Of a DNA stretch of 64,000 bases, positions 1 to 13,554 are shown piece by piece. Both the position numbers and the translations under genes were made by a program. The stretch comes from Octopus vulgaris (Eukaryota): positions 82,894,001 to 82,958,000 of the forward strand of contig OX597825.1 of NCBI GenBank assembly GCA_951406725.2. The letters run 5' to 3'. The stretch's first letter is position 1, and each line of letters begins with the position of its first letter. The notes beneath the pieces were generated by a model. It saw only the letters and a program-made list of their open reading frames with translations. It ran no database searches and was not told where the DNA came from.

Positions 1-202
1 AAAAAGATTATTTTTTTTCTATGAAAATCCCTATTTTTTTACGATTTTGTGACTGTTGTATCGCCATTTTCGGTGCATTTCAACCGGGAAAATGTTCACT
101 TAAAGAGAATAACAAGCTACATAATGGAAAAGTTTTACTTTTCAAAAATTCTAATTTTAAAGGGTTGAAACAAACCCGAGCAACGCTGGGCTATATTGCT
201 AC
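1..202 (+). mobile_element. 3' part of a non-autonomous Helitron-like element
   Basis: Matches the 3' half of the copies at 50401-50799 and 51151-51544; ends with subterminal hairpin CCCGAGCAACGCTGGG then degenerate CTAC. Confidence 0.7.
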
Positions 203-1131
203 TTATATTATAAAGGATGCTGCAGTGCTCAAGTAAGGATGCAGAGTTGTATCAGAATAAATCACCAAAAATGTTGCTTTCAATCTGAATTTTTGTTAAC
301 TTTTGTTTCTATTTCTTTTTTTCTTTCTTTCTTTCTTGTTTCCTTATCTTTTGTTTTCTTTCCTTCTATTTTTTACAATCCGGATTTTATCGATTTGCGA
401 TATATTTCTCTCAGGTGATAAAAAAGATACTTCTATTGTTTCTTTTGAGTACACAACCAAACCTACCCACACCACATCTACTGCTGTGTATATACGTAAT
501 CGTCCACTTCTCTTATTCTTGAACTCTGAATAAATAAAAATGTGTACCAACAAATTTCACCTGAATAAGAACGCTCTCTAAAGCAGGTTTCTTCTGCGGA
601 TGTCGATTTCGTGTTCAGCATCTTTTTGTGTTTCCCAGCGTTATGGAATAAGCAAATCTCTCTCGTATTGTCCTTGATTTTTCATTTATACACACAACGC
701 TTGGTTGTATACTTTGTCACATATACCTTTTTCTTTTTCAAATTAACATTACTTTTTTTGTACCTGCCAAAATGTCACTACATATTTATTCTTGAGAAAC
801 ACGTATCCTACAGTGTAGCGTGAAGGAGCATTGACAGTAAGTTTGAGATAAGTAGTCTTAGCGAAACAGGTGTCAACAGAGGGGGGGATGTCTAAAATCA
901 GAAATTCTTTCTGCCTCTAGTTTTGGTAAAAGAAAAAAATTGACACTTTCGGAAGGTTCTGTACTTGAAACATTATCCTTCACACAAAATTGTCATATAT
1001 TCAATGCAACAAAGCAAGGTTGGGGATAAATTGAATAGGAGCGGAAAACGAAGGTATCTCTACGAAAAGTTCGAATACGAAGAAGAAAATTAACAACATC
1101 AAAAACAGCAACAAAAACAACATCAACAACA

Positions 1132-1200
<69 letters not shown>

Positions 1201-1219
1201 TAGTAATAATGATAATAAT

Positions 1220-1432
1220 TCTTTTTACTCTAGATACAAGGTTTAAATTTTGTGGAGATGATCATTGTCAATTAAATTGACTCCCATGCTTGACTGGAAC
1301 CTATATTATAGAACCTCGAAAGGGTAACGTGTAAGATTGGCGTCGACCACATTAGAACTTAGAACGTAGAGCCGAAGGAACTGTTGCTATGTATATTGTC
1401 TGGCGAGGCTAAGACTCTGCCCGCTCGCCGCC
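1220..1432 (-). mobile_element. Degenerate tRNA-SINE family A (Meta-like core)
   Basis: Head GGCGGCGAGCGGGCAGA on the minus strand; aligns by eye to 28846-29064; flanked by (TAA)n. Confidence 0.6.
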
Positions 1433-1435
1433 TTA

Positions 1436-1503
<68 letters not shown>

Positions 1504-1516
1504 TAATAATAATAAT

Positions 1517-1675
1517 GTGCTGTTTATCTTGATATGAGATCACCATGTCGCGCACATATGGTTGAAATGCATGTGCCTAGTGTATCCTTACCAGACGGGT
1601 AGTCGTGATGGGTATACTGGGCTTCGTATATTTTACCACAGTGTCACTTTGATGGCATGTACTGCTTTCTCACTC
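1517..1675 (+). mobile_element. Probable 3'UTR-only stub of a (TAA)n-targeting non-LTR element
   Basis: ~160-bp unique segment with internal hairpins, embedded between (TAA)n tracts like the Dong elements at 16380-19860. Confidence 0.4.
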
Positions 1676-1720
1676 AATAATAATAATAATAATTATGATA
1701 ATAAAGATAACGAGGACGGC

Positions 1721-1751
<31 letters not shown>

Positions 1752-1780
1752 ATGTTCATGATGATGATGATGATGATGAC

Positions 1781-1812
<32 letters not shown>

Positions 1813-1829
1813 ATGATGAAGATGATGAA

Positions 1830-1863
<34 letters not shown>

Positions 1864-2599
1864 TTAGTGAAGATGAAGAGCTCGATTCGATTGTAATAGA
1901 CATTTTATTGGTTGAATGATATTTCGACCGTAAACCTGTCTTTGTCGAGTTCAAAATAAGAAGTGATAAAAATTAAAAATTATAGAAATTTAAATTTAAA
2001 ATATAAACGAGGGAAACCAGCGTCCACACTTTGATGGAATGACATCATCAGTCTTGAAGTTTCAATTTTTATAAGAGGCAAAAAGAAAAAGACAGAAGAA
2101 AAGAGGTAAGCACTTGTCTTTTCTTTTCGTCTGTTATAAATTTTAAGATGTGTTCATTCAAACTGAAAAATGTGGCATCCAAATTATTTGACAATGATCT
2201 CTTGATTAGCTAGAAATGTAAAAGGTTATTTTAACTGGTATCTATTGAGAAGAGCATTGTCGCAGTGAGAACGATCCCAACCCAAGTAGTTTTTTTTTTC
2301 AATTTGTTTGTCTTTGTTCTCTTCTCTTTCGTTTTTTTTTTCTTTCACATAACTTTGTAAATGAACAATCTGGTGTGTTTATTTTATTACTCCTATGAAT
2401 GTATATAATGGGTTTCCTTTGGCCTAGGTGGCAAGAAATGGAAACAATATAGGTGAAAGAAAAACTCACAACAACAACAACAACAGCAACAACAAAAATA
2501 TGATGATGGCGATGATGATGATGACGACGACGACGATAATGATGATGAATCGATAATTATAGACACCGAAGGTGAAGTAATGGGAACAAAATACAGAAA

Positions 2600-3290
2600 T
2601 GTAGAGACTGAGAACATTCAATAAGAGAGTAAACACAGGATTTGTAGAAAAGGAGACAAAACTCTTAGACAATTCTTAAGTTAATGCAGTAAACTATCAC
2701 AAAAAGATTACAAGCTCAGGCATGACTATGGCGGAATAAAAGTGCAATCGGATATTAGCAGAGTCTGTGTGTGTGTAATCAAAGTGTTTTAAAAGTGATA
2801 TGAATGTAAGCTGGAGGTTTTGATGGAAGATAAAAAGTAGAGGGTTTTATGGGATTTCTCCATAAATACGGGACCTTACTATTGTAGCTAGGATACGACT
2901 ATGATTGTAGAACATAAAAGGTAACATTGTAGGATCATAGATTTCCCAATATCATTTGATAATAGTTTGGATATTAGCGAAATCGAAAACCATAATTCAG
3001 AAATAACAGAACAACCTAGATAGAGAAATGAACAGGTTGTGGAGGTCAAAGGGGACAAGTAATTTTTGCACTTGGTACAACGCCCAAAATACTAACCCTA
3101 TCCCATAATACTAAGAGGCTGAAGCATATTGGAGCTGAAACAATCATAGTGGACTTAGAGAAATATGCTTTCTTGTATTCTACAAGAAGTCGAAGAAATT
3201 CTCTTGAGGTTTGAGCATATTTGTTGTCACTAAACATCAAGATTAACACCCTGCTAAAGAAAGTAATATGAAACAAAATAATTATTATAA
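2600..3290 (+). pseudogene. Ancient degenerate R4/Dong-type RLE LINE C-terminus
   Basis: Reads RICRKGDKTLRQFLS*CSKLSQKDYKLRHD (zinc knuckle + RHD), then LWDFSI and CRIIDF remnants; TAA-rich tail. Confidence 0.7.
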
Positions 3291-3307
3291 TTACAATAAT
3301 AATAATG

Positions 3308-3507
3308 GTTTCAGATTTTAGCACAAGGCCAATTTGTTCGGGGTAGTGGTTAATTCGATTAGATCGATCACAGTACCTATTTATCAATCGCGAAATGATG
3401 AAAGGTAAAGTCGGCAGTGACGGAATTTGAACTCAGAACGTAAAGAAGAACAAGATGTTGTTTAGCGCAGTTTGTCTTTCGAACTAACGATATGCTAGCT
3501 CGTCGCC
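3308..3507 (-). mobile_element. tRNA-SINE family A
   Basis: GGAATTTGAACTCAGAACGTAAAG and TGAAAGGTAAAGTCG motifs. Confidence 0.7.
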
Positions 3508-3534
3508 TACATAATGGTGATAATATTATCAACA

Positions 3535-3723
3535 TGTAGCCGTATTTCGTCTGTCTTTATGTTCTGAGTTCAAATTCCGCCGAGGACGACTTTGCCTTTC
3601 ATCCTTTCGGGGTCAGTTAAATAAGTACCAGTTACGCACTTGGGTTGATGTAATCGACTAATCCGTTTCTCTGTCCTTGTTTGTCCCCTCTATGTTTAGC
3701 CCCTTGTGGGCAATAAAGAAACA
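3535..3723 (+). mobile_element. tRNA-SINE family A, 5'-truncated, with 16-bp TSD
   Basis: Core GCCTTTCATCCTTTCGGGGTC...TAAGTACCAG; TSD GATAATATTATCAACA at 3519-3534 and 3724-3739. Confidence 0.85.
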
Positions 3724-5010
3724 GATAATATTATCAACAATAATAATAGTATGATCTAAATTGTAAATAAAATTCTGTGCATATAATATATCAGGATAAT
3801 TTTTATACATTATTCAATGCGGTTAAAGACATGAGATTTGGAAGAAAACGGTTTTTTATAAGCATATATTACACCCACAAGGACATCAATTTGACAGTAA
3901 TAGAAACTGCTGCCGACTGCGCCGTAGTTTCAATTAATTGATATCTTGAAACAAACAGACACATATTTAAATTTCACTGTAAACTAACTGATACGTTTTA
4001 TTTATTTATTTATTTATATTACACGCCTGGAGAATCCAAGCGTTGGTTGAATACACTCTAATTAATATTATAATTAGTGATAAAAATTACCTTCAAAACC
4101 TACTTGTATGAAATATTACAGACGGGTAACTGCGAACATTTTTAATGTAGTGAGAATAGAGCATATGAATTGCCGTTAATTAAAATAACCTTTGCTGTGA
4201 AGAGAAGAAAATATATTCTAATTGATTAATATTAATGAAATCTATCCAAAGGCAAAAAAGTGATAACTCCATTACAACGCCGTCTATTAAGAACACAGTG
4301 AATTTAATTTTTCTTTAATTTCCCTGCATATATATTACCATTGTTCTTATAAACCAAATGGTAATTTTAAAGAAATTATTAACCCATAGACTTTATTTTA
4401 AATGATAGCTGGTTAACTTAAACTAGCGAACGTGCAAAGTAAAAACGAAAAAATGGCGAATAAAATGTGTTTAGATATTTATGTGTGTAACAATTTGCTT
4501 TTCTTGAATTTAAATTTAACTGACAGTATATGTCTTTAAATATAATTTTTTTATGTACATCTTTTCATCATTAATGAACAGTTCAAAATCACATAGTGAC
4601 AGATGGGAAACAGCTACACTAGATTCCACCTAATCTGTAATTTTAAAAGGAAATAGGGTTGGATGGAGATAACTGACAGATTTTCACGGCATATGACAAC
4701 TGACAATTGATAAATTCTTTATGTGGAACAATAAAAACAATCTCCAATAATATTTCAAGGCATATAAATAGCCGAGTTAAATATCAACTTTAGAACTTTT
4801 TCCCATAGATATTTCAGTGACGGACATAATCTGTGATGTTTTCCCGTGTCATTTGGTATTCGCATGTCTCAACGACAATCACTCTCAACCATGCAACTCA
4901 CCCACGGCTGATTAACCCCAGCTTGAGTCCAGATGGTAGACCTAGACCTAGTAGCACTGCCCTTTCCAAGGCTTAGACTTCCTGATCCACAATCAGATGA
5001 GCTAAATTCC

Positions 5011-5578
5011 GTGATAATTATTCGGTAGCCATGATAAATCTCTTCGGACGTGGAAATCCACATCGCCATCTCCTCAGCTATCCGGCCATCGGAAAAGTGC
5101 TATGAAAAATGACCGTTATACAAATGGAAATTACTATGTAATTGGCCATTATTAAGACAAAAGACAAAATAAGGGGAGAGAGTAAAAGTAAGGGGTTAAA
5201 TAGTTCATAGTATTCGCGTTAGCGCGCCTGTTCATACCTTCACATGGGCGCGCATGTGAAAGTATCAACAGGCGCGCTAACGCGAATACTATGTACTGTT
5301 TGACCCCTTACTTAGCGGTCATTCAAATAACTCTTATGTCTTAATAACGGTCAATCACATAGTAATTTCCTTTTGTATAACGGTCATTTTTCATAGCATT
5401 TTTCCGATGGCCGGATAACTGAAGAGATGGCGGCGTGGTTTTCCACCTCGGCCTCCGAAACTCGGAGTTTTATCATGGCTACCGAATAATTGTCACATAT
5501 TATATTTCCAGATAAATTCCTCTGTTTACAAAATATTGAGGTTTCTTTCTTTCTTTTGTTATCTTACCATTTTTACCA

Positions 5579-5579
<1 letters not shown>
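5011..5579. mobile_element. Fold-back (inverted pLTR-like) Penelope-type element
   Basis: Imperfect palindrome 5011-5496 centred at ~5250; right arm continues to (TA)n and carries an HHR motif. Confidence 0.65.
5414..5474 (+). ncRNA. Type I hammerhead ribozyme motif
   Basis: GATAA-CTGAAGA-[stem II with GTGG-TTTT-CCAC]-GAAA-CTCGGAG-TT-TTATC. Confidence 0.7.
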
Positions 5580-5611
<32 letters not shown>

Positions 5612-5634
5612 GATATATATATATATATGTATAT

Positions 5635-6024
5635 AATTGAGGGTAAAATTAATTAATTAATTATCAATCAATTTCACCAAGTGTTCAGTATGTAAAGGGA
5701 CCATTTAAGGCGAATTCAAATTATTACATTATATAAAAGGGCTTAGTAAAATAAATTACTTTGCCACATACTGAACTCATTAGAAATAGTAGCTAAAAAA
5801 AAACTTTTTTTAAACTATTTCTAATACTTAAAGAAAATCTCTCTCATATAGTGTTTGCTCAATTCAACTCACGAAAGTATGGGGGTAAAGACATTAAAAA
5901 ATCAAATGAAAGAGATTTTCTTTAAGTATTAGAAATAGTTTAAAAAAAGTTTTTTTTAGCTACTATTTCTAATGAGTTCAGTATGTGGCAAAGTAATTTA
6001 TTTTACTAAGCCCTTTTATATAAT
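5635..6024. mobile_element. (TA)n-flanked fold-back element, family X
   Basis: Near-perfect inverted arms 5728-5842/5911-6024; unique 5' part is homologous to 42330-42420. Confidence 0.75.
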
Positions 6025-6082
6025 ATATATGTATATAGACATATATATACATATATATATATAAATATATATGTATATATAT

Positions 6083-6157
<75 letters not shown>

Positions 6158-7445
6158 GTATAGAATATATTAATGCAGAAATACTAGCCCAATACTGGTC
6201 CCTCCATTTTGCGGTTTTATAGCATCGAATGGCCTTCCGCTGAAATTGCAGCTGAAATTCCCTAACATTCCAAAAAGCCTCTCTTCTTTAGAAAGAGAGA
6301 GAGAGAACGCATTGGAACATGTAATCCTACAAACATTGTATATGAAACGAAAATGAGGCAATGTTCTCAGATTCACTGTTTTCGATCGCAATTCTGCTGG
6401 ATCAGCGATAACAGTCATGCGCCAACCCCAACCAACTACCTAAAAAAATATAAAAAATATAGCAAATGCTACAACTACCTCCCAATCGCAGCGAACTGTG
6501 TTTCTCCTGTCCATATAAAGTATAACAATGTCTTCAGATTCTCCAATAAAATAACAAATTACTTATTTTTCAGCAAAATATTTCAGTTACCTACAATAAC
6601 AACGATCGTACGATTTTTGCATTGTTTGGTATTTTCAAGAGAAAAAGAAAAAGAAAAAACTAAAGCAACTCGATTATATATGCAGCAACTGTGGTATTGT
6701 GCAAGCGTTATCTTCCCTACGCATCGCCTGTTATTTGCTTCCGTGATCCAGAAGTATCTTAGATTTTTTCCTTTCCTTGAAAATATAAAGAAGCACGTGA
6801 AAAATCGTTCGCATTTATCTTACAATAAAATCACATTACAGTAATCCTTTTTGTAGTGTTTAAATGCGATGCAAGGATTAGCATTCGCATTTCCATGTTT
6901 CCAGAAAATCTAGTTAAACAGAACGACGCGTACATAAACACACAGATTCAGTCTCGCGCATGTGTAATCGCAACCGCCGCTTTAAACAGATAAATATTTC
7001 CATTGTACACGTAATATTTATTGGCTATTTCACAGAATCCAAACAACAGAATTTCTATAAACATGGGAATACGACTTAGATTAATGATTTATGGCAATTA
7101 TAAATGGATGGTTGTGTTTCAGAGAGAAACAAATAAATATAGTTATTTTAATTAGATCCCAGCGCTGTTAAGTATATTACTTGAAAAAATGAAAATTTTG
7201 AAATCCTAGTGTTGTACTTGTTAAGCAAGTGATTCGAAATGTGACCGTGTGTTCAAGCAAAAACAATTGCACCATTTTCAGATTTTCTTACGAGGCCAGA
7301 AATTCCAGGGGAGGTGGGTAAGTCAATTACACAGCCACCCAAGTACACGATTGGTACATTATTTATCGAATCCGAAAGGAGGAAATCAATGCGCACGTTT
7401 TTGAACTCCATCTGTCAAACACATGAAGACATAGCTTTTGTAGCT

Positions 7446-7747
7446 AAATTCATGGGAGCTCCCATGAATTTCGGAAACATTTTTTACACTCTGAGTTACT
7501 GAAGCATGGAACAAACTACCTGCATCAGTTGTTAGCTGCCAAGATATTGAATCCTTTAATGCCTCCATTCTTCCTGAAATTCGCCAACACTACATCTGAT
7601 ATCCCCCCGCCTCCATACGCATGCACACATGTATATCAGGACTCATACTCTGTTCACTTTCCTGACATCTGTACATAATTCTCTTCACTGCACATTTAAT
7701 GAGTTGTAGTGCACCTGAGCACCGTACACAATAAACTCATTATTATT
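7446..7747 (+). pseudogene. CR1-group LINE 3' end
   Basis: RKHFF..VTEAWNKLPASVVSCQDIESF...* (typical CR1 ORF2 C-terminus), 3'UTR, (ATT)n tail. Confidence 0.75.
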
Positions 7748-8091
7748 TCACTTTTGGATTTGGTTTGCAAAGATTCTTTTTGAGAGTTCGTGTTTTGAAG
7801 CATATTATGTTGTGTCTGGGGAGAGTCATTCTCTTTTTGTGCCTTATAATGTAACAAACGCACCGGTAAACTTTCCACTTCTTTCTTATTTTTATTTTCG
7901 TAAAATTTTCGTTGCGTATTGCAACCTTTTCAATAGTCTTGACTATTATTATTATTATTATTATTAAAATTCGACCAAGGCAGAATTTGAACTCATAACG
8001 TGAAATCGGAAGACACGATCTTAAGGATTTATTTTGGTGCGGTAGAGATTCTGCCAGCTCACATTCTTAATGTAGGACACATCAAGAACAT

Positions 8092-8154
<63 letters not shown>

Positions 8155-8406
8155 AGAAACACACACATTCACATACACACAGACAAACACAAACACACAC
8201 GCACATACACAAACGCATACACATACACGCAAAGTCGTACCAACAGCGACCTGGTCCCTGATGTAACGCCATTGTATCTATTATTTGGCGGCAACGCTTT
8301 TCGCCGTACACGCAGGCTGATATGTTGTTTGTAATTTTTTGATCTGGAGGAGGAGGGGTTCTGGTTGTTTTAAAACTTAATACCATGCTAAGTGAACACT
8401 AACAAT

Positions 8407-8497
<91 letters not shown>

Positions 8498-8859
8498 CGA
8501 TAGATAGATAAATATATAGACAGACAGATAGATAGATGGACAGACAGACAGATAGACAGGTAGATAGACGGGTAGATAGATAGATAGATAGACAATTACA
8601 TAGACAGATAGACAGACAGATGATAGATAGATAGACAGATAGATAGACAGACACAAACTGAAAACAGAAACACGCACACTCACACACATATATAAATACG
8701 CATAAAACCACACAATATCCATCAGGTAAATATTGAGTAACCCTGCGATGGATATGCATCATATTCAGTGGGGAATACATAAGCCACAGAATCCGGAAAG
8801 CCGGCTCTGTGGGCCTATGGCTAGGGAAGAGCCTTTTATCCATTATACATACATACATA

Positions 8860-9076
8860 TGAGAAGGTGCTAAAATGTTCCTGGCCTTAAGGATATTGCG
8901 AAAGACTTGGTTGGAGGCCCAAATTTCCAAGTTCTTTTGCAGGACTTAGAAAAAGTGAAGGATTGCTGCAATACGTGTGAGAATCTGAGAGGGGAATAAG
9001 TTGGATAAAATAATAATCGACTGATCCTCCTGTATTTTCTTTCACCCAAGGCCAGGAACTTTTCGGCACCCCTTCG
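8860..9076 (+). mobile_element. Mariner-derived MITE
   Basis: TA-flanked ~25-bp TIRs; internal remnant of transposase C-terminus (LEKVKD.CN.C.NLRGE.V). Confidence 0.8.
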
Positions 9077-9166
9077 TACATACGTACACCACACACACAA
9101 ACACACACACAGGTACACACACACACACGTACACACACACACACGTACACACACACACACAAACAA

Positions 9167-9214
<48 letters not shown>

Positions 9215-9230
9215 CTATATATATATATTT

Positions 9231-9565
9231 AAAATTAAATAAGGGTAGAAATTGATATTAATCAATTAAAACCAGTGGCCTAGCATATTTTTTAAAAAAT
9301 CCGAAGATTAAATTTTATTTTTACATACAAAATTTAGAGGACTGACCACAAAAGTGGACAGCCTACATGCTAGATATAGACATCAAATCGCCATTTTCCA
9401 CGAAGAATGTGTTCTCAAGAATACAGCTATTTTTCTCAAGAACACATTTAGTTTTACACTTTGGCTTTTTGCTGAGATTTTTCTTGAGAACACATTCTTT
9501 GTGGAAAATGGCGATTTGACGTCTATATCTAGCACTTTTAGTGGTCTGTCCTCTAAATTTTGTAT
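9231..9565. mobile_element. (TA)n-flanked fold-back element, family X-like
   Basis: Inverted arms 9325-9421/9481-9565; starts AAGGGTAGAAATTGAT..ATCAATT..ACCAGT like 5635 and 42330. Confidence 0.7.
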
Positions 9566-11218
9566 ATATATATATATATGCATATCTGTATGTGCATGTG
9601 TGAAGAGAGACGCTCGCAAACATACATATACGCATACATACACACTCACCCACTGATTTATATATATATTAGTGATTTTTTTTATAGTGTCAATAGTGTT
9701 CCATAAATTACGAACGGGAACACGCAAAAAGACAGTTGAAATCGACTTTGGTAGAATCGCGTTCTGGAATATGGATATCTGTTGATTAGGATATAAAGAA
9801 AAAGTAAATAACGATTCCACATACCATGATACAATATTAGATGTAGCCAAAACCATGATATCCGTTGCCGTGGACATAATTTTCTTTTTTATATCAATGT
9901 TTTTATCCTTGAGTCTCTAGCCAAACTGAGGGAAAAGATTTTGCTTATCTAGCTTCGAGTAGTTCCATATTCTTCAATAATAATAAGAGCTAGATTATGA
10001 ATTGACATATTCTTGCAATGTACGGAATATATCCTGGATGATGTATTATTTGATTTATAGTGTTTATAATCAACAGTGGCATAAATAAAAGTGTCCAGGG
10101 TAGGGGCAGTGACTTTGGGTTACTGAGATTTGCCTACAAAAAACCAAAATAATAATCCCAAACTATTTTCTAAAAAAAATGTTTCTAAAGAATATTTTCT
10201 AGCAATATAAAAATAAACGTTCTAAAGACATCGCTGGAGTCGCTTTGTGTTTGCACAACTAGATAGAAACAGCTGCCAAATTACCCTTAAATTGTAAGCA
10301 ACTGTACTGAAAGGTAAGTGGCAATTTCGGCAATGTAGTCTTAGGCTTTCAATGCCCAAATGAAAAAGAAGTTATTGTGTGAATTTTCAGAAAATATGAA
10401 CGGTAAAAACATAGTTGGAATCACTGTGTATTTGTAAACCTGATACGAATAGCTGCCGATATTGAAAAGCGACAGGCATATGTGACATTGTGTTCCTTTA
10501 TATATGAAACCCAAGTGATAAAAAAAAAGACAGGATTGTCACTTATGGAATTTTTTTCAAAATAACCAATACTAAAGCTATCGTGGGACAATCCATTTAC
10601 TACACAACCGGATCGTAAGAGCTGGCTAATTTCCCGTCATAATAAAAGGCGATGGTCATATTTGACAATGCTCTAGATATTAAAAACCTGAATGAAATAA
10701 ATTGGGTTTGTCAGAATTTTCTAAATTTTCTGAAAACAAATCTAAAGTCAGAGAGGAATAGGTGCCGAATTTCCCTTACGTATCTTATTACGATACTGAC
10801 ATATTCGAAAACACACATATAAAGCACAAATAAAAAAAAAATGGAATTTTTTGATAGTAGCCAATGTTGAAGCTACTACAAGATTCGGTGCATTTTTAAA
10901 AACCCTTACAGAATTTTGCTGCAGAATATTTGCTACATGACACACTGTAATATCAACAAGAGAGGAGCATATTCGGCAATGAAATCTGATACACACAAAA
11001 CACGAGAGAAAGACGGCTGGATTGTCGCAGCTGGAATATTCTGAAATGCCAATGTTAAGTCTGTTTCTTTTCTCTTTATGAGTGAAACACACATAAGAAT
11101 AGTTGAAGTTTGTCCCTCCAGCAGTATGCGATTCACTTTCATTTTGACATTCATCGATGCCTAAACGACATATCCTTAACTCTTACGAGGACCTGCGTAT
11201 ATATTATATTTATATACA

Positions 11219-11321
<103 letters not shown>

Positions 11322-11373
11322 TACGTATATACGCACAAACAGTCATACATTTGTTTATAATTTCTACAGTAAC

Positions 11374-11518
11374 TCTTATAAACTGACAAGATGAGCCAGC
11401 TTAACCCTAGGCACGGGGTAAAAGCTACTGACGAGCATTAATCAAATGCGAAATCACTGGTGATCTAGATATGCCCTCGGAAGATGTAGGGAGCTGTCCT
11501 CCCTTGTCAGTCATAAGA
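11374..11518 (+). ncRNA. Canonical type I hammerhead ribozyme with long extended stem I
   Basis: CTA-CTGACGA(11428-34)-GCATT-AATCA-AATGC-GAAA-TCAC-TG-GTGA-TC-TAG; predicted cleavage after C11465; flanks pair in five further helices. Confidence 0.88.
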
Positions 11519-11801
11519 TAAGTGCTTTATCGAGGCTAGGAGTTGTTTTGGCTCTTATTTCTAGCAATGCTCGTACTAACTGGTACCCTCAGTCACTTTA
11601 GTGACAGCTGTAGTTCTTTCGGTTGTATATTGCGAATAAACACATTTATTACACACGCATACACACACATGTATGTATGCATATATACATAAAAATATAT
11701 GTATACACATATATGTATGGATATGTGTGTACTAGTGCGTGCTTGTGCCTATGAATGTATATACACTTAAATAAATAATTTACTTGTCCTGTACACCTGC
11801 A

Positions 11802-11832
<31 letters not shown>

Positions 11833-12178
11833 AGTTGTGTGTGTATGTGTGTAAATGACTACGCGTATATAAATCATACATTCATACACACACACACACA
11901 CACACAACTGGACAGGTACATATATGCACAGGTGAATCACTGATATATTCTCAATACTTTCGATTGTCCTTGTGTATGTTCTGCATTATTGAAGAGTCTT
12001 GATGTCCGTCTAGACAGAAAAATACCTTCGTATTAGTCTGTCTGAATTCAAAGAAGGAGATTTACGTTTATGTTCGCTATTGTCGGTAATAATTCTAACA
12101 AGTTTCAACTTGGTTACCATAGTTACCATTTGATTACAATATTGCGACTTAAAATGTTTATCTATATATATATATATC

Positions 12179-12506
12179 CTAGCAGTATCGCCCGGCGTTT
12201 CTCGAGTTTGTTTCGACTCTTTAGAATTGGAATTGTTGAAAAGTAGAAAAATTGCATTATGTAGCTTGTTATTCTCTTTCAGTGAACATTTTTTTGGTTG
12301 GAATACACCGAAAAATGCCGACACAGCAGTTGGAAAATCGTTAAAAAAATAGCGATTTTCCATAGAAAAAAAGCACCTTTTTGATGTAAGGAATTTGTGG
12401 TGTTAACATGGTCCGATTTGAATTTTTTCTTCAACTGAAGGAAGAGCAAGCCTTCGTCTATCATACTCTCAATTTTGATCATCTTGTGCCGCAGGGTCTC
12501 GGAGGA
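12179..12506 (-). mobile_element. Non-autonomous Helitron-like element, 5'-truncated
   Basis: Homologous to 51151-51544; 3' hairpin and CTAG end. Confidence 0.75.
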
Positions 12507-12549
12507 AACACATGCTAGTATACACAAGCACATGCATACATGCATTTAT

Positions 12550-12623
<74 letters not shown>

Positions 12624-12660
12624 GTGTGTGGAATGATTATTATGAAGCATTCTCTAGAAT

Positions 12661-12992
12661 ATATTGTATAAAGCATCGTGGGTAGGGCCAGAACAATGCG
12701 AAGTAAATCCAAGGCAAATCACAAGAAAGCAAATATGCCAATTAATGTATACAATATTTCGGGGTTGTGACCCCATTTTCAAGAAATTTTACAAATGTTG
12801 CCGATGTGCGTATTTGTGCGTTTACAGACATGCACGTCAGCAACATTCGTTAAATTCTTGAGGATGGGGTCATAACCCTGAAATATTGAATAGAAGTTAA
12901 GTCTACATTAATTCATATATTCGTTTTCTTATGATTTGCTTTGCATTTACTTGGCATTGTTCTGGCCTTACCCACGAACCTTTATAGAATAT
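12661..12992. mobile_element. Fold-back Penelope-type element with degenerate HHR in each arm
   Basis: Imperfect ~330-bp palindrome; right arm TTC-TTGAGGA-TGGGGTCATAACCCT-GAAA-TATTGAA-TA-GAA. Confidence 0.6.
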
Positions 12993-13079
12993 ATATGTAT
13001 GTATGTGTGTATATATATATATACACTTACACTTACACCCACATACACACACATATATATATATACATATATATATGTT

Positions 13080-13110
<31 letters not shown>

Positions 13111-13144
13111 GTATATATATGTATATATATGTATATATATATAC

Positions 13145-13207
<63 letters not shown>

Positions 13208-13212
13208 TTTAA

Positions 13213-13300
13213 ATATTTGTTGCGCAAGATTTTTTATGTGAAGTCGTGTGTTGAAACAGATATTGGCTAAACTGGCAATATGACCATTCCCAAATATAAC

Positions 13301-13301
<1 letters not shown>
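13213..13301. mobile_element. Repeat family D fragment with internal inversion
   Basis: Homologous to 27885-28100 and 22860-22960; flanked by (TA)n. Confidence 0.65.
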
Positions 13302-13339
<38 letters not shown>

Positions 13340-13513
13340 GTATATATATATATATATACGTATATATATATATATATATATACATATATATGCATATGTA
13401 CTTACATACATACGTACACACATACATACATTTTACATATATGCATATATGTATATATACAAATGTACATATGTGTGTGTGTGTATAAGAGGGAGACAGA
13501 TGGATAAAAAAAG

Positions 13514-13554
<41 letters not shown>

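Noticed and set aside
373-419. Minus-strand HHR-like motif with palindromic ATCCGGAT
   Set aside because: Extra core nucleotide and G12 missing; at best a dead relic
6353-6844. 163-aa ORF
   Set aside because: AT-rich composition with no recognisable domain or splice structure
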